Origin: the human T2T-CHM13v2.0 reference genome, Homo sapiens
Assembly: GCF_009914755.1 (NCBI RefSeq)
Contig: NC_060942.1
Reading direction: 5' to 3' (one strand)
Length of the DNA: 64,000 nucleotides
The notes below the pieces were generated by a model. That model made no database searches. It was not told the DNA's origin and worked only from the letters and a program-made list of their open reading frames with translations. Made by a program: the position numbers and the translations under genes. This document shows, piece after piece, positions 41,717 to 53,691 of the stretch; position 1 is the stretch's first letter, and each line of letters begins with the position of its first letter.

Positions 41717-42034
41717 AAGTTAGTCCTCCCATATCCATGGGTTACCACATCTGCACATTCAAGCAACCAAGTATTGCAAATATTCAAAATAAAAAATAGC
41801 AATACAAACATAAAAGCTAATGCAAATTAAAAACAGTACAACATAACTTTACATTGTATTAGGTATTATAAGTAATGTAGAGATAATTTAAAGTATACAG
41901 GAGTATGTGCGTAGGTTGTATGCAAATACGATGCCATCTTGTATCGTCTTATATCAGGGACTTCAGCATCCATGGGTTTTCATATCTGAGGGACATCCTG
42001 GAATCAGTTCCTCTCAGATACCAAGGCACAACTG
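41717..42034. mobile_element. TcMar-Tigger DNA transposon remnant (Tigger3/MER2-like)
   Basis: TA-flanked; internal 'ttacattgtattaggtattataagtaatgtagagat' and terminal 'gataccaaggcacaactg'. Confidence 0.8.
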
Positions 42035-44659
42035 TAGAACTCTTTTTCCTTAAGGAACCCAAATTCTTTTGGTATCTTTCTTATCTTGTGTTTCTTCATG
42101 ACTCCTCCCTCTCTTCCCCGTCTGCCACACCCAGTGTCCCACCTCTCCAGCTCAAAGTATAACCACGTGGAAACCTTGAGGTTCTCTCCCGCTTATAGCC
42201 TGAACCGCCCAGCCCCACTTCCCCTCCTTGGGGCTGGCTGTAGGCTCCCGCTAGCTCTCCAGATCACACACAGAGCCCCATCCCCAGGGAACTCAGACCT
42301 CTAAAATGCCTCCACTAAACCATGCTACCATCCACAATGCCACTCAGAGAACCGAGTGAGAAGAGAGAGGAATAGGCCAGTGCCGCCTTCCTGTTATAAT
42401 CCTTTCATTACTTCCCAAAGGCCTGCCTCCCCATTTCTGCCCCCAACACCTTCACACCGAGGAATGTGCCTGCCCCTGTCTGTCCCTCAGAAGGAAGACA
42501 CACCCTGAATTCTGAGTCCTTCAATCAGTATTACTGAGCACTTACTCCAAATTTATATCCGTGGTTCACTGTTGACGTTCCCTCCTTTTTCTGTCTTGGA
42601 GCCAACAGGATGCCCCCTGAGCCTGGTAGGGGGCCCCACAGGCATCATGGTGTTGGAACAAAGAACACTCGGGCGAGGAGAGGCTGAGGGGAGACCCTGA
42701 TGCTGAAGGGTGAAGCACAGTCATCACTGAGAAAGAGACAAGTGCCATAAACTTAGAGGAGTCTCATTTGCTTGGCCTCCTGCATTTTCTCAGGCAATTT
42801 CCCATGATGCACTACAGAAGTACCACTATGCTAGACCATTCCCATGATAGAAATGAATCAAAAGATTTAGGAAAAGTCATAAAGAAAGTAATTAGGGACT
42901 CGTTCTGTATAGTGGGTTAGCCACCCAGAAGTGGGTTGGAGTCAGTGGATTAGCCAACTGGAAGTAGGTTGGTCTTCGCTCGGAGCGCGGGTGGGGCCAC
43001 GGATGGGTGTCGATTAGCCCAGGCAGAGACTATAGCCATCACTGAAACAGCAAGGCCTGCAGGAACCTGCAGTCTATGGCCACACTGGGAGGAGTTGGAA
43101 GAATGGTAAGAAGAGTGCTGCTTCTCATTTTCTAAGATCATCTACAGCATCTCCTTCATTGCTTAAGCATCTGCCATAACCCAAGAGGGATGAGGCTGGC
43201 ATTGGTCTTTGTGAGGGGGACTATGACAGTGGAATTTTGCTTGCCAATTGATCTTTCATCATGTAAGTTAGCTAGTGTTGGTTTTTACTAGGGAATGTTG
43301 GTAGTGGCAGCTGTTACCTAATGCATGTGGAATATCACTGAAGCCTGATTTGCACTAAAGGGTTGTCTGGAAAAGCCTCAGCTATGTGTTCATTGTGCAG
43401 AACAAAGCCCTAGGGAGCCAGACAGACCTATTTTCGTGGGTTGGATGTGTCCTTGCCTGGTACAGGGGGCTGGGGGGGGGTGGCACATCTAAGCTGCCAC
43501 AGATCCATCTGCTGGCACTAGCACAGGGTTGAGATGGATTTTATGTCCAAACCTGGGGAGAGGTTGGTTTGTTTTAAAGCAGGAAAGGATTTCTAGAATA
43601 AGAGTTTTCTTTTTTCTGGAATTTAAGCTGGTCACCTTCAGTTTTTTTGTACATCTTACAAATGTGCAAGCTATAGTATTAATAGAAATGAGTTAAAAGC
43701 AAACTGGTTCTCCACTGCTTTGCAAGCAGCCACATGGGGGTGTCAGTGAGGGTAACCCTGAATCTACAGGATGGATATGGTTTGCCAGGTGCACAGGAAG
43801 AGGATGGACACTGCATGGGCTCAGTGTGTGTTTGAATGAATCAGTAATTCCAGATGGATAAAGCATACACAAAGGCCCAGAATTATTAGAAGGAGAGAGG
43901 AGGAAATTTGCATTCCAAATGTAATTTTTTGAAATTCTATTAGGGGTGATTTTTAAGGTAATGACAGAGAGATTTTACCTAAGGAGGGCCATGAAAGACT
44001 TAATTTACCACCTGAAGCATATACCCTACATAAAAATAAACGAAGGGTTTAAACAAATGGGGATCCTCAGAGACCAGGAACGGGGTAATAGTTTGGGCCT
44101 GAGTGTAGCTGCTGCGCCTGTGGGACTATGGTAGACTGAGATTTGAAACCAGATCTAGTCACAACCCCGTGAGGGTTTCTTTAGCTCTGGGTGTCCGAGT
44201 TCTTGGACCCTCTTTTGACCACTGCCTCCTCCCTTCACTTGGACTGTTCTGTAGCCACCCTGAGAAGCTGCACAACCCTGGAAACTCTGAACCAGGATCG
44301 AGGGGAAGAAAGAGGAATGAGGGCTACTGTGGTGAGGGAATAGGCCTTCCTTGCCCTCCTGCCTTCCCAGTGACGTACCCAAAGCCCGAACTAGAGAAAT
44401 TGAGACAGATCCACTCAGCCAGGCTTTGGGTCTTACCCAGTTTTCCTCGTGTCACGAACCCTCAGTTTCTCCCTGGAGAGCGTTTGTCTAATGTGGCTCA
44501 GTATCATTTGTGAAAGGGTCTAGCTAAGCGTGGCTTCCATGTAAGTGATCTAAGGGACGGAGAGTCCTCAACATAAAACTAAATAGCCATGCTTACAGCC
44601 TCTCTGTTCTGCTTCTCTTTCCTCCTCCCATTCTCCATTTCCTGCAGAAGATGAACAAG

Positions 44660-45014
44660 TATTTCAGTCTGTTCAGGCTGCTAGAGCAGAGTACTGTAGA
44701 CAGGGTGACTTATAAACAACAGAAATTTACTTCTCACAGTTCTGGAGACTGGGATGTCCAAGATCAAGGCGCCAGTAGATTCAGCGTCTGCTTGAGGCCC
44801 CATTCTTCATAGATGGCACCTTCTCACTGTCTTCACATGCTGAAAGGATGAATAAGCTCGATTGGGCCTCTTATCAGGGCACTCATCCTATTCATAAGGG
44901 CTCTAACCCCATGACAGCCACCTCCCAAAGGCCCCACCTCCTAACACCATCACCTTGGGTGTTAGGATTTCAACATACACATTTTGAGGAGATACAAACT
45001 TTCAGACCATAGTA
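44660..45014. mobile_element. MaLR solo LTR (MLT1A-like)
   Basis: 'tcagtctgttcaggctgcta...ttcagaccatagta'; similar to the 26105-26463 copy. Confidence 0.85.
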
Positions 45015-45353
45015 AGAAGTTAGAGGAAAGATGTGTTCCAGCCTATGTTAGCAGGAGACGAAAGCTCACTTCCAGCCTGCGGGGAACCGCACAAGCAGAA
45101 AGACCACTCTGTCCCTGGTTAATAAACGCTCAGTTGCCTGAAGGGAATGACCAGAGTGCTGTGGAGAATTGGACGTTTTGGCCCAGGGTCAAGCTCCAGA
45201 CAACAGCCCTGTTGTTTCTCCCTCAGACTTACACATTGGTTATTTCTGCTTCTCTCTCTCTCTCTCTTTTGGGTTTTATTCACAGGAATTGCTGGTCATG
45301 TCTTATACTATATTTTGGGTGGTTTTTTTTTCTTCACTCTCACTCCCTTGCAG

Positions 45354-45512
45354 GTACATTCATTAAAACTTGCCCTTGAAGGCGTGGAAAAGGAAAGGGA
45401 TTTCTACTTTGGGAAGTTGAGAGAGATCGAGCTACTCTGCCAAGAACACGGGCAGGAAAATGATGACCTCGTGCAGAGACTAATGGACATCCTGTATGCT
45501 TCAGAAGAACAC
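45354..45512 (+). CDS. MAPRE2: MAPRE2 coding exon (approx. exon 6), EB-homology (EBH) domain
   Basis: Acceptor cactcccttgcag|GTA and donor CAC|gtaagt; 159 nt, phase 0 to 0. Encodes VHSLKLALEGVEKERDFYFGKLREIELLCQEHGQENDDLVQRLMDILYASEEH, including the EKERDFYF motif. Confidence 0.97.
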
Positions 45513-46032
45513 GTAAGTGTGAGGAGCATGTGACTCCTGTGTTCTAAAATGACTCTCTTGGTCAAAACACAGTAGATCAGCACTCCTTAGAATACTTCCC
45601 CAGGACCTCAATGAGAATTACTGCTCAGCCAAGTGCACCTGATAGTCCCAAAGGAATAAACATCGTTATCATCATGATCTATTGACCCATGCCTGTGGGA
45701 CAGGCAGTCATAAATTAATCTGGGAAGAGACAGGTGGGGTGGGGAAGGCTTTGACAGAAAAATATGCTTATGCAGCCAAACTGCAAGTGGTCTGCAGCTC
45801 TCTGAGCAAATGAGCATTAAGAATTTGTATACGGATTCCTCCTTCTTCATGCAAGTACAGAGTGTAGTTAAAGGAGAAAATAATCTAGATGCTTTTCCCA
45901 TCCCCAGAAGCCCCATAATTGACTGTTTTTATTTCGTAGCTGGTTGTCTTGGTTACTCATTGCCAGGACAGACTAGAGCTGTGGGACAGCCACATGCCCA
46001 TCTCCTTTATGGGGAGGAGCTGCCACCAGAGT

Positions 46033-46082
46033 TGCTATTCACAAGTGCTGCTATTCACAAGTGCTGCTATTCACAAGTGCTG
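46033..46082. repeat. Perfect 16-bp tandem repeat x3 (tgctattcacaagtgc)
   Basis: Copies start at 46033, 46049 and 46065. Confidence 0.95.
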
Positions 46083-47419
46083 ATGGAGACCCAGGATGTG
46101 GCTGTGTCAGGGTGATGAAAAGCAGATGTGAGAAATGGAGGAGGAATAAGAATCTAGGAAGCAAGGAGAGAAAGCGGGGCAGGATGCATGGCAGAGACTG
46201 AGGCAAGGCACCCCGGGTCTGCCAGTGCCAGGAGAGAGAGGCCCAGCAGCCAGAGGTGGAGGTGGGAGCCTGATGTGGCTTCACCTTCCACAGAGCCAAG
46301 TTGAGGGGTTGGGGTGTCCAGCTTCTCTTATGCCAGGCTGATGCTAGTGGAAGTGTCCCGGTCTCTGGGTGTTCTGAGCCTGTGATGTTCTGAGGGCCTC
46401 CAGTGGAGTTGTATGTGTTGATATTTCTATAGGACATAGCAAGCCATCAGCAAGTTTACTCTCTTATTCCAGCTGAATCCCAGGCAAATGTTTACTCCAT
46501 TTATGCCTCAAAATACTAGCAGTGAAATTCTCCTAAACTGTAAGGCACTGTATCTGTGGTTTGGAAGCTCTTTATCACTTTTTTTTTTCACTTCTTCCAA
46601 ATATTTTGATTTAAATTATTTATTGGTTATCAATAGCTCAGAATTTGAAGCCCTGATAATCCACCTGGTTTCCATGATGGCTTCATAAAATACGGTTCTC
46701 AGTATTTTCAGATCTGATGGAATAAACCAGAGACTGATTTGTAGTATGTCTGCAGCTGCCACAGTGTCACATATATGACGTCCTGTGTGTACAGAGTGCT
46801 TGCCCTCTGTAAGCACTAGATGGACTATGGTTATTCTCTTCACAAGCTTATTTGAGGCTAAATCAGCTGAGATCTCCACAGCTCCATGAGACTGAGTGAA
46901 TGGCGCTGCTGTCTGCGATAACGCCTGCTAGTGGGAATAAGGCCGGCGTGCAGGATCAAATCTTCTTCCCAGCCCTGCACTTCAAACGGGGAAACCCTGA
47001 GTCTAACCTCATGCCAGATTTTGTCCCAAGAGGGAGTCCATGTGCAGGAGCACTGTCTGACAGTGAACTCCAAATGAAGTGTTGGAGAGGTCCACTGAAT
47101 TCCCGGCTAAGATAGGTGGACAGCCTCAGGCAAGAGCCCTTGCCTCCTGGGTGTGATTTCCAGGGGGTCTACCTAGATGACCGCACTCAGTTTCTGTTCT
47201 GCCATACCCATCACCACCCGACCCCACACACACATACATCCCAGCACCACCTTGCCACCATCTGGATTCAGAGAGCCATTCCTGCAATGTACATGCAACT
47301 AAAATGCAAGCACCCCAAGAAGAAATAACACTTTAAGGCCTCATCATTCATTAAGACTAAATAATAAGTTTAGCAGACACCTCTTCTGAGACACCTGGTT
47401 GGGGTTTGAGGTAGAAGGG

Positions 47420-47870
47420 TCTAGGACTTGACGTATATTAGCTTATTAGCTCCTATAATTCTCTAGAGAATCCTATTAGGTAGCTATTGTCATCCCATTG
47501 TACAGATGAGGGAAACTAAGGCAGCAGAGAGGTTGAATAACTTTCCCAAGTCTAGGAGCAGAATAATTTCCATTTGAACCCTGAAATCTGAATCCTGAGT
47601 TTATGTTCTCCCTTCTCCAAGTCTGAGGCACCTTTTAAGTGCTATTATGACAGTAGTAATGGCTAATACTGATTGAGCATTTAGCATGTGCTAGGGATTG
47701 TATTCATTTACTACGTAGATTACTGACCTTAACCACATCCCTGTGAGGTGAGTAATTACTTATCTACATTTTACAGATGAAATTACTAACCCAATGGCTC
47801 ATAGTTAATAAGCTCCAGCACTAGGATTTGAACCCAGGTTTATCTAACTCAGAGGCTAAAATCATAAGGA
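47420..47870 (-). mobile_element. Two MIR fragments
   Basis: 'cccattgtacagatgagggaaactaaggc' and 'attttacagatgaaatt...ggatttgaacccagg'. Confidence 0.75.
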
Positions 47871-50800
47871 CTGAGTTACCTCCCTCGCCGAGTGGTGGGT
47901 ACCATGGAGCAGGGAGGAAACGAACATAGTACTAGTTGGGGAAAGCCTCAAGATTAACTGTCTACTTGACAGTCTTCAGTTGAACACGCCCTGTGTGTGA
48001 AGAAGAAAGTTTCCAAATTTTTACGTGGGTTTTCTCTAAATAACTCCCCTTACCTCGTTTTGTTGATTTTCACCTTCGAAAGCCTAGTTGTGGCCTCTTT
48101 TTCGGGGCATTCATCTGATTTTAAATGAGCATCCACAAAGAACTTCAGTTTTCTTCTAGCCAGTTTGTAACTTTTTTAAACCCACTTTGTTGTTGTATCT
48201 CTGGCACTGCGCTGACATCATCAAATAGCTTTAAGGGAAGGAAGAGAGAGGGAAAGAGACAGAGGCATTGCCCTGTAAGTATATGCTGGGGAGTACCCAA
48301 AATTCAAGAAGAGAATTACTCAGAGTAACCAGGCAGTTGAATCTGGCAGAGAAAACAGCCTTAACATAAATTGCATGTGTGGGTTACCAGAGCAAGATGT
48401 TCAAATGCAGTTACTGGCTTAATTTTTCTAGTTCCAGGATATTTTTATTGCAACTTTGTGTCTGCAAAACTCCAAAAGAGACACATCAGGCTATACTGAG
48501 TTTTCTACAGAGAGTAAGCCGTTTGATCTGGAATATGCCAGGTGTCCTTATTTGGAATGTGACAAGACCCATTTGTTTAAACCTTGGTTTTTATGCAGAA
48601 AGAAAAGGAAGGCTGCAGTGGGCCTGGATGCCGTGCTGGGTGCTTTCCATATCCTGTGCATGCATGACTCTGCCGAGAGGCTCAGGAGCAGCTAGATACT
48701 CTCCTTTCTGCCCCCTAGCACTCCACCTCCCAGAGGTCCAAGAAATCATCCTAGATATCTTAAAGCCTCCAAGCATTTTCATTTCTTCCTGAGAATATGG
48801 AATCTGGTTTCTCTGGAACCACCCAGAAGCACATAGCCAGTCCTACACTGGGGGAGTGAGCCTTCCTAAAGCTGTACCCTTGCCTGCCTTCCCCTATGTC
48901 TATGGTCTGGAAAAGCAACGGTTTTGAAAAACAATGTGCTTAGTGGTTACGATGCCATCATACACCACTGCCCCCATCTCTGGGAATCCTGCCTTTGCCC
49001 CACTGTGCTTTCCCCTGACATTGTGTCCTGTTTTCTGGCCAGCCCCACACTTGTGTGATGGGTAGATTTGCACCCATGTGCAGGGATGATGTACATGGCG
49101 TCTGGGAGGAAGTGCCAGCACTTTGTTCATGATGCTGTTGGTACAGCTGTGTGTACAGAGCTGAGATGGCACAGATGCCTGGTGGTCTGCCTTTCCCAGA
49201 GCCCTCCTGGAGCTAGAAGGCCAGGTTGCAGCACATGCTGTTCAGCTAAACATAGATGGACATGCTTTGCTTTGACATTTGAGGTAGGAGTATTTGCTGG
49301 GGAGATCTCTTCCCCTGAGTGATTACTTAACACTCTTATTTTGTGATGATTGGCCTCTGATTGTTATATTTAAGCCATCCCAGAATATGGTGTTTGGAAG
49401 ATGTGAAAATCCAGGTGGGAGTTTTGAGCAGAAAATCAACAGAGGTGGTTCAATTCCCAGTTGTAGAGACCTAATGGAAGTTTCCAGAGCAGATACTTAT
49501 TCTCATTATGTTTTCCCCTGATACGTAACTTGGAGCCACAGGAGTCTGGGCTGAAGCATTGGTTACCTGCTCCCTGTGGATTCTGTCAGCTGAAGGGCAC
49601 CAGCTTATGAACAGTTACTTGTTTCCTGCAGGGACAGGCTGTGCTTCTGTCACTGGAGGGCCTCTTGTCACTGGACTAAGTGCTGGCTATAGAAAAAGAC
49701 CCAACCCTACCTCAGAGGAGCTCCCAGTCCCAGTAAGGGAGACAGACAGGGACATGACTAACTGGAATATGTGTCAGATGATGACAAATGTGATAATGGA
49801 GACATAAATAAACTTGTGTGGGGAGCAGATAAAAGCCGCCTGGAGGACCACGCAGAGACTTCACAGCGAAGATGGCATTTGTGTTGGATGTTACAGGGTG
49901 ACTGGGAACATCAACAGCTCTAGAGCTAAGGTAGGGAGAAACTGCATGAGCAAAGCAGAGAAGAAAGACCAGCAGCCACAGCTGGCAAGGTGGCAGGAGA
50001 CAAGGCTGCAGGGTGGTGCCTTCCACAGCTAGGAAGCCAGGAGCTGTTGGAGCTTCCTGATGGGCCTTCCTCTCTCCTTTGCCCCCATTTTCCTCCCACA
50101 GTGGCCTAGAGCCTTCTTCAATACCATCTTCCAGTTTGCCTCTCTATCTAATGATTATAAGGAAACTAAAGAATGATAGTTTTCTTACAATCACTCACAG
50201 CTCAACGGAAAGATGTGAATAGATTGATACGCACATATTAGAATTATTAGGTGATGCTCTGGTGCATTAGTCTCATATTTGGTATAGGTTTTGCCTGGCC
50301 TCCTACTTAGACATGGGTTTAAGTTCTTCATTCTCGTATAAGGCATAGAAAAAGATTGTTTTTTCCTGTGAGCCTGCAATAGCATTGTGTGGGCTGTGAG
50401 CTCTCAGTTGTGATTTGTAACACCCCAGAATTACAGATGTGTTCTGCCAGACTCTCAGACTGCCTTAACTTGCAGGCCAAGCATGAGCAATCCATTGATA
50501 AATTGGGAGCTTTGCTGGTATTTCCCAGTGAGAGTTGTCTGGGGTCCACAGTTCCTGCAGATGCATGACATCACAGAGGGGTCCTGTGACTGAGATTTAA
50601 GCTGGATGTGCATGAGAAGCAGCTGCCCTGGGCATCTGGAAGCCTCAGAGCCATAGAAAAGGCCAGCAAACCTGCTGCCTTGTTGGATGTGTTTGGAAAG
50701 GAGGCCTAGCCTAGTGGCTTCCTGGCCCTCTAGTTTATTACAGGCTCAATGATTACTTGAATCTAGGTCTTTCAACTTTAGCTCCATTAGCCCACAATAA

Positions 50801-51894
50801 ACTCCCAGTTGTGACGTGAGCAAATGAGAATTTCTGCAAAATGTAAAACAGTTCCTCATTTCTGAAATCTTCTTTTCAGAAGTCTAACATGCACAGAAAC
50901 AATTATATAAAGAAAAGCATACTTTAGACCAGCTGAAGTTTGAGCAATACAATATGGAAGACACCACACTCACGTTCAAGAGTTAGGATGCTGAATAAAA
51001 CAATATAACTCACCGTGGAGGGCTCAGAGCCCGGCTGGAGAGACAGATGTGTAGCCACCCAGCAAGAACACACGCGGGACTGTGGTGCGCCCTCCCACCG
51101 AAGCAGAAACTGAGGATAGGAAGCTTGGAGAGGGAAGCCATTATCTCGGGGCTGCAGGCAGTGAGAGAGGCTTCAGGGAGGAGTGACTTTCTCATAATTT
51201 AGAGGAGCATGTGGCGGGACAGACAGCTGGGAGTTCCCAGCCCACCATTCTTGTTAAACTCCCATGAATGTTAGTTTCATTCTTCTCCCTTGGATGAGAG
51301 GAGAGCACTGGCTTAGGAAGGCCAGTAACTGTTTCTTGTCCTGCGCTGGCCCAAGAAGAAGTTCTCTCCTGCTCCCCTGAGCATGTATGGCCACACTGTT
51401 GGTGAGGCACTGACTCTGAGCTGAGAGGACCAGCCTCACATGTGCCAGACAGAAGGCAAAGCAGTGTGCAGAGGAAGTGCCAAGAGCACAGCTGCTGTGA
51501 TGCCCAGGGCTCTGGGGTCGATCCGGCAGAAGGGGAGTAAAGAGGGGATCAGGGCTCTGAGATCTCCCTGAGGTCAAAGAGCACCTGCAATTAAGGAATT
51601 CGGGAGTGCAAGGGTCAGGAAGACACATGATGTGATCAGAGAGAGCAAGAGATTGGGCCTAACGTTCCAGAAGTGGAGCTAGTTCTAGGTGGTGAACACA
51701 GGGTGGTCATGGGGTAGGGAGAGCTCACATTTGCTGAATAAGGGGCCTGTCGGCACGGTAAGAGACAATGCCAGATTTTTCCCCAAGTTTTCAACACAAT
51801 GTCACTGTCTACTGTTGGTTGACACAGAAAGGGTTACTTTTTTAAAAAAATTACTTGCACTTCTAGAATATATTCCAGAGTTCTCCCACTAAGA

Positions 51895-52190
51895 AATAAT
51901 AATCACAGCTCACATTTCTATTTACCATGTGCCAAATACTCTTCTAGGCACTTTACCTATTTTAACTCATTAACTCCTCTGTTGGATTCGAGGAGTCCTT
52001 TGATTCATTGACTAATGAAAATGCATTGAAAATGCTCCTACATGGATACCTTATCCCCAACTTTACAGGTGAGGAAACTGGGGCCCAGAGCAGTTAAGTT
52101 CTAGACCCAAACCCACACGGCCTGTAAATAACAGAGCTGGGATGTGAACTCGAGTCCATGTTGTAACCTTGACATTCTACTTACTGCCTC
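51895..52190 (-). mobile_element. MIR SINE
   Basis: 'tttacaggtgaggaaactggggcccagagcagttaagt'. Confidence 0.7.
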
Positions 52191-53616
52191 TCAGAAAATA
52201 AGTGGCTCGTGACCTTGGCTGATAGTCTGATAGTCTCAGTCATTTATCCTTGAATCCACTGCAATTTGTTCCTCTCAACACAACATGGATTGAGTCTTAC
52301 ATAAGAAAGATGTGGCACCGAGAATCCTATCCCTGACCTCAGTAACCTCAGCATCCAGTGGGTGGGGCCAAAAGGGTCAAGACAAGATTCCAAATCAGTG
52401 TCATAGCAGAGGAAGAAAACAAATGCTGCAGGAGAAGAGAGAAGGAATTCTGGCTCAGTGATCATGCCATATTTGAATTGGCTAAAGATGGGTTTGTCCT
52501 AAGCTCCAAGGAAGAGGGGCCCGACAGACAGGGAAGGGCTTGGGCAGTTCAGTGCTCGGGAGCCAGCGTGCCAGGTGTGCGAGGCATGGGCCCTTCCATA
52601 TGTCCCAGCACATGCTCCAGACTGCATCACAGAAGCTGTGTGCCCTTACTGAGGGAACAGGGAACTCCTTTGATTAGCCATGCTCCCTCAGCTTGGGTAA
52701 AAAACAGCAAATAGTTTGTGTGAGTTCAGAAAATGAATGAATGTACAGATACGGCTGACTGAGGCTAGTGCTCCCTGGAGTTGGTGTTCATGCCATGCTT
52801 CACTGGGTTAGATAAAGGAATAAATAGGGCTGTTTATTTCTAAATAGTGGGAAGAACAATTCACCTATCTGATTCTCAGTTGATAAACATAACGTAAGCC
52901 AAAAGGGCCCCAAGCAGTCTAAGTAGATGTCCCAAAGTCCTTGAGCTAAAGCTCCTGAGCTCCCTCATTGGGAGGGGCCTCTTTGCCTGGGACAACCCAT
53001 GAAATGTGGCTGCTGTCCTTTCCTTAGCCTGGGAACCTCTAACACTGCTGCTCTGGTATCTAAGCCTACATCAGGTTAGTAACATAACAAAGGGTCTCCT
53101 TCAGGGCGACACTGCCGAGCAAGAAGAATGACAGCAAGGGAGGGACTAGGAAATGGAGCAAAAGCCCACATCCCTATCCATTAGTGAGGAGTGACACCCC
53201 CCACCAAAATACCATGGAGGCCAGGGGTGCTGCTTTTATATTACAGCAGCTTTACTCATGGTTGTCATGATGCTCTTGGATCACTGTGTTTGGTTTACTC
53301 TTTTACAAAGGTTAGGAAAGTATGCCATGTATTCTAAGAAGATTTCCTTCCAAAACAAAATAGTTGGGTGCCTAAAGCCTGACGACTGTGCTTTCTAGAA
53401 TGATCTGTTCTTTGATCACATGGGGAAGCTAAGGCGCCCCTGCATATGTATCAGACACCGGAAGCTGGGAGACGTTTGCATGGCGAGTTGTGCCTAACTA
53501 AGCCTGGTGCCCTCCACAGCCTTGAGACGCCATGCTGGCAGTGGCAATGGGCTGGGATGCTGCAGGGCCCCATTCCCAGTCAATTATCTCAGCTGAAACT
53601 TCTCCCCTGCCCACAG

Positions 53617-53691
53617 GAGGGCCACACAGAAGAGCCGGAAGCAGAGGAGCAAGCCCACGAACAGCAGCCCCCGCAGCAGGAAGAGTACTGA
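53617..53691 (+). CDS. MAPRE2: MAPRE2 last coding exon, acidic tail ending in EEY
   Basis: Acceptor tctcccctgcccacag|GAG. Encodes EGHTEEPEAEEQAHEQQPPQQEEY then TGA; EEY is the CAP-Gly-binding C-terminus of EB proteins. Confidence 0.96.
   Translation, partial: EGHTEEPEAEEQAHEQQPPQQEEY

Noticed and set aside
53446-53616. Upstream in-frame extension of the last exon (MYQTPEAG...)
   Set aside because: Intronic sequence open by chance; a clear acceptor at 53616 explains the exon.
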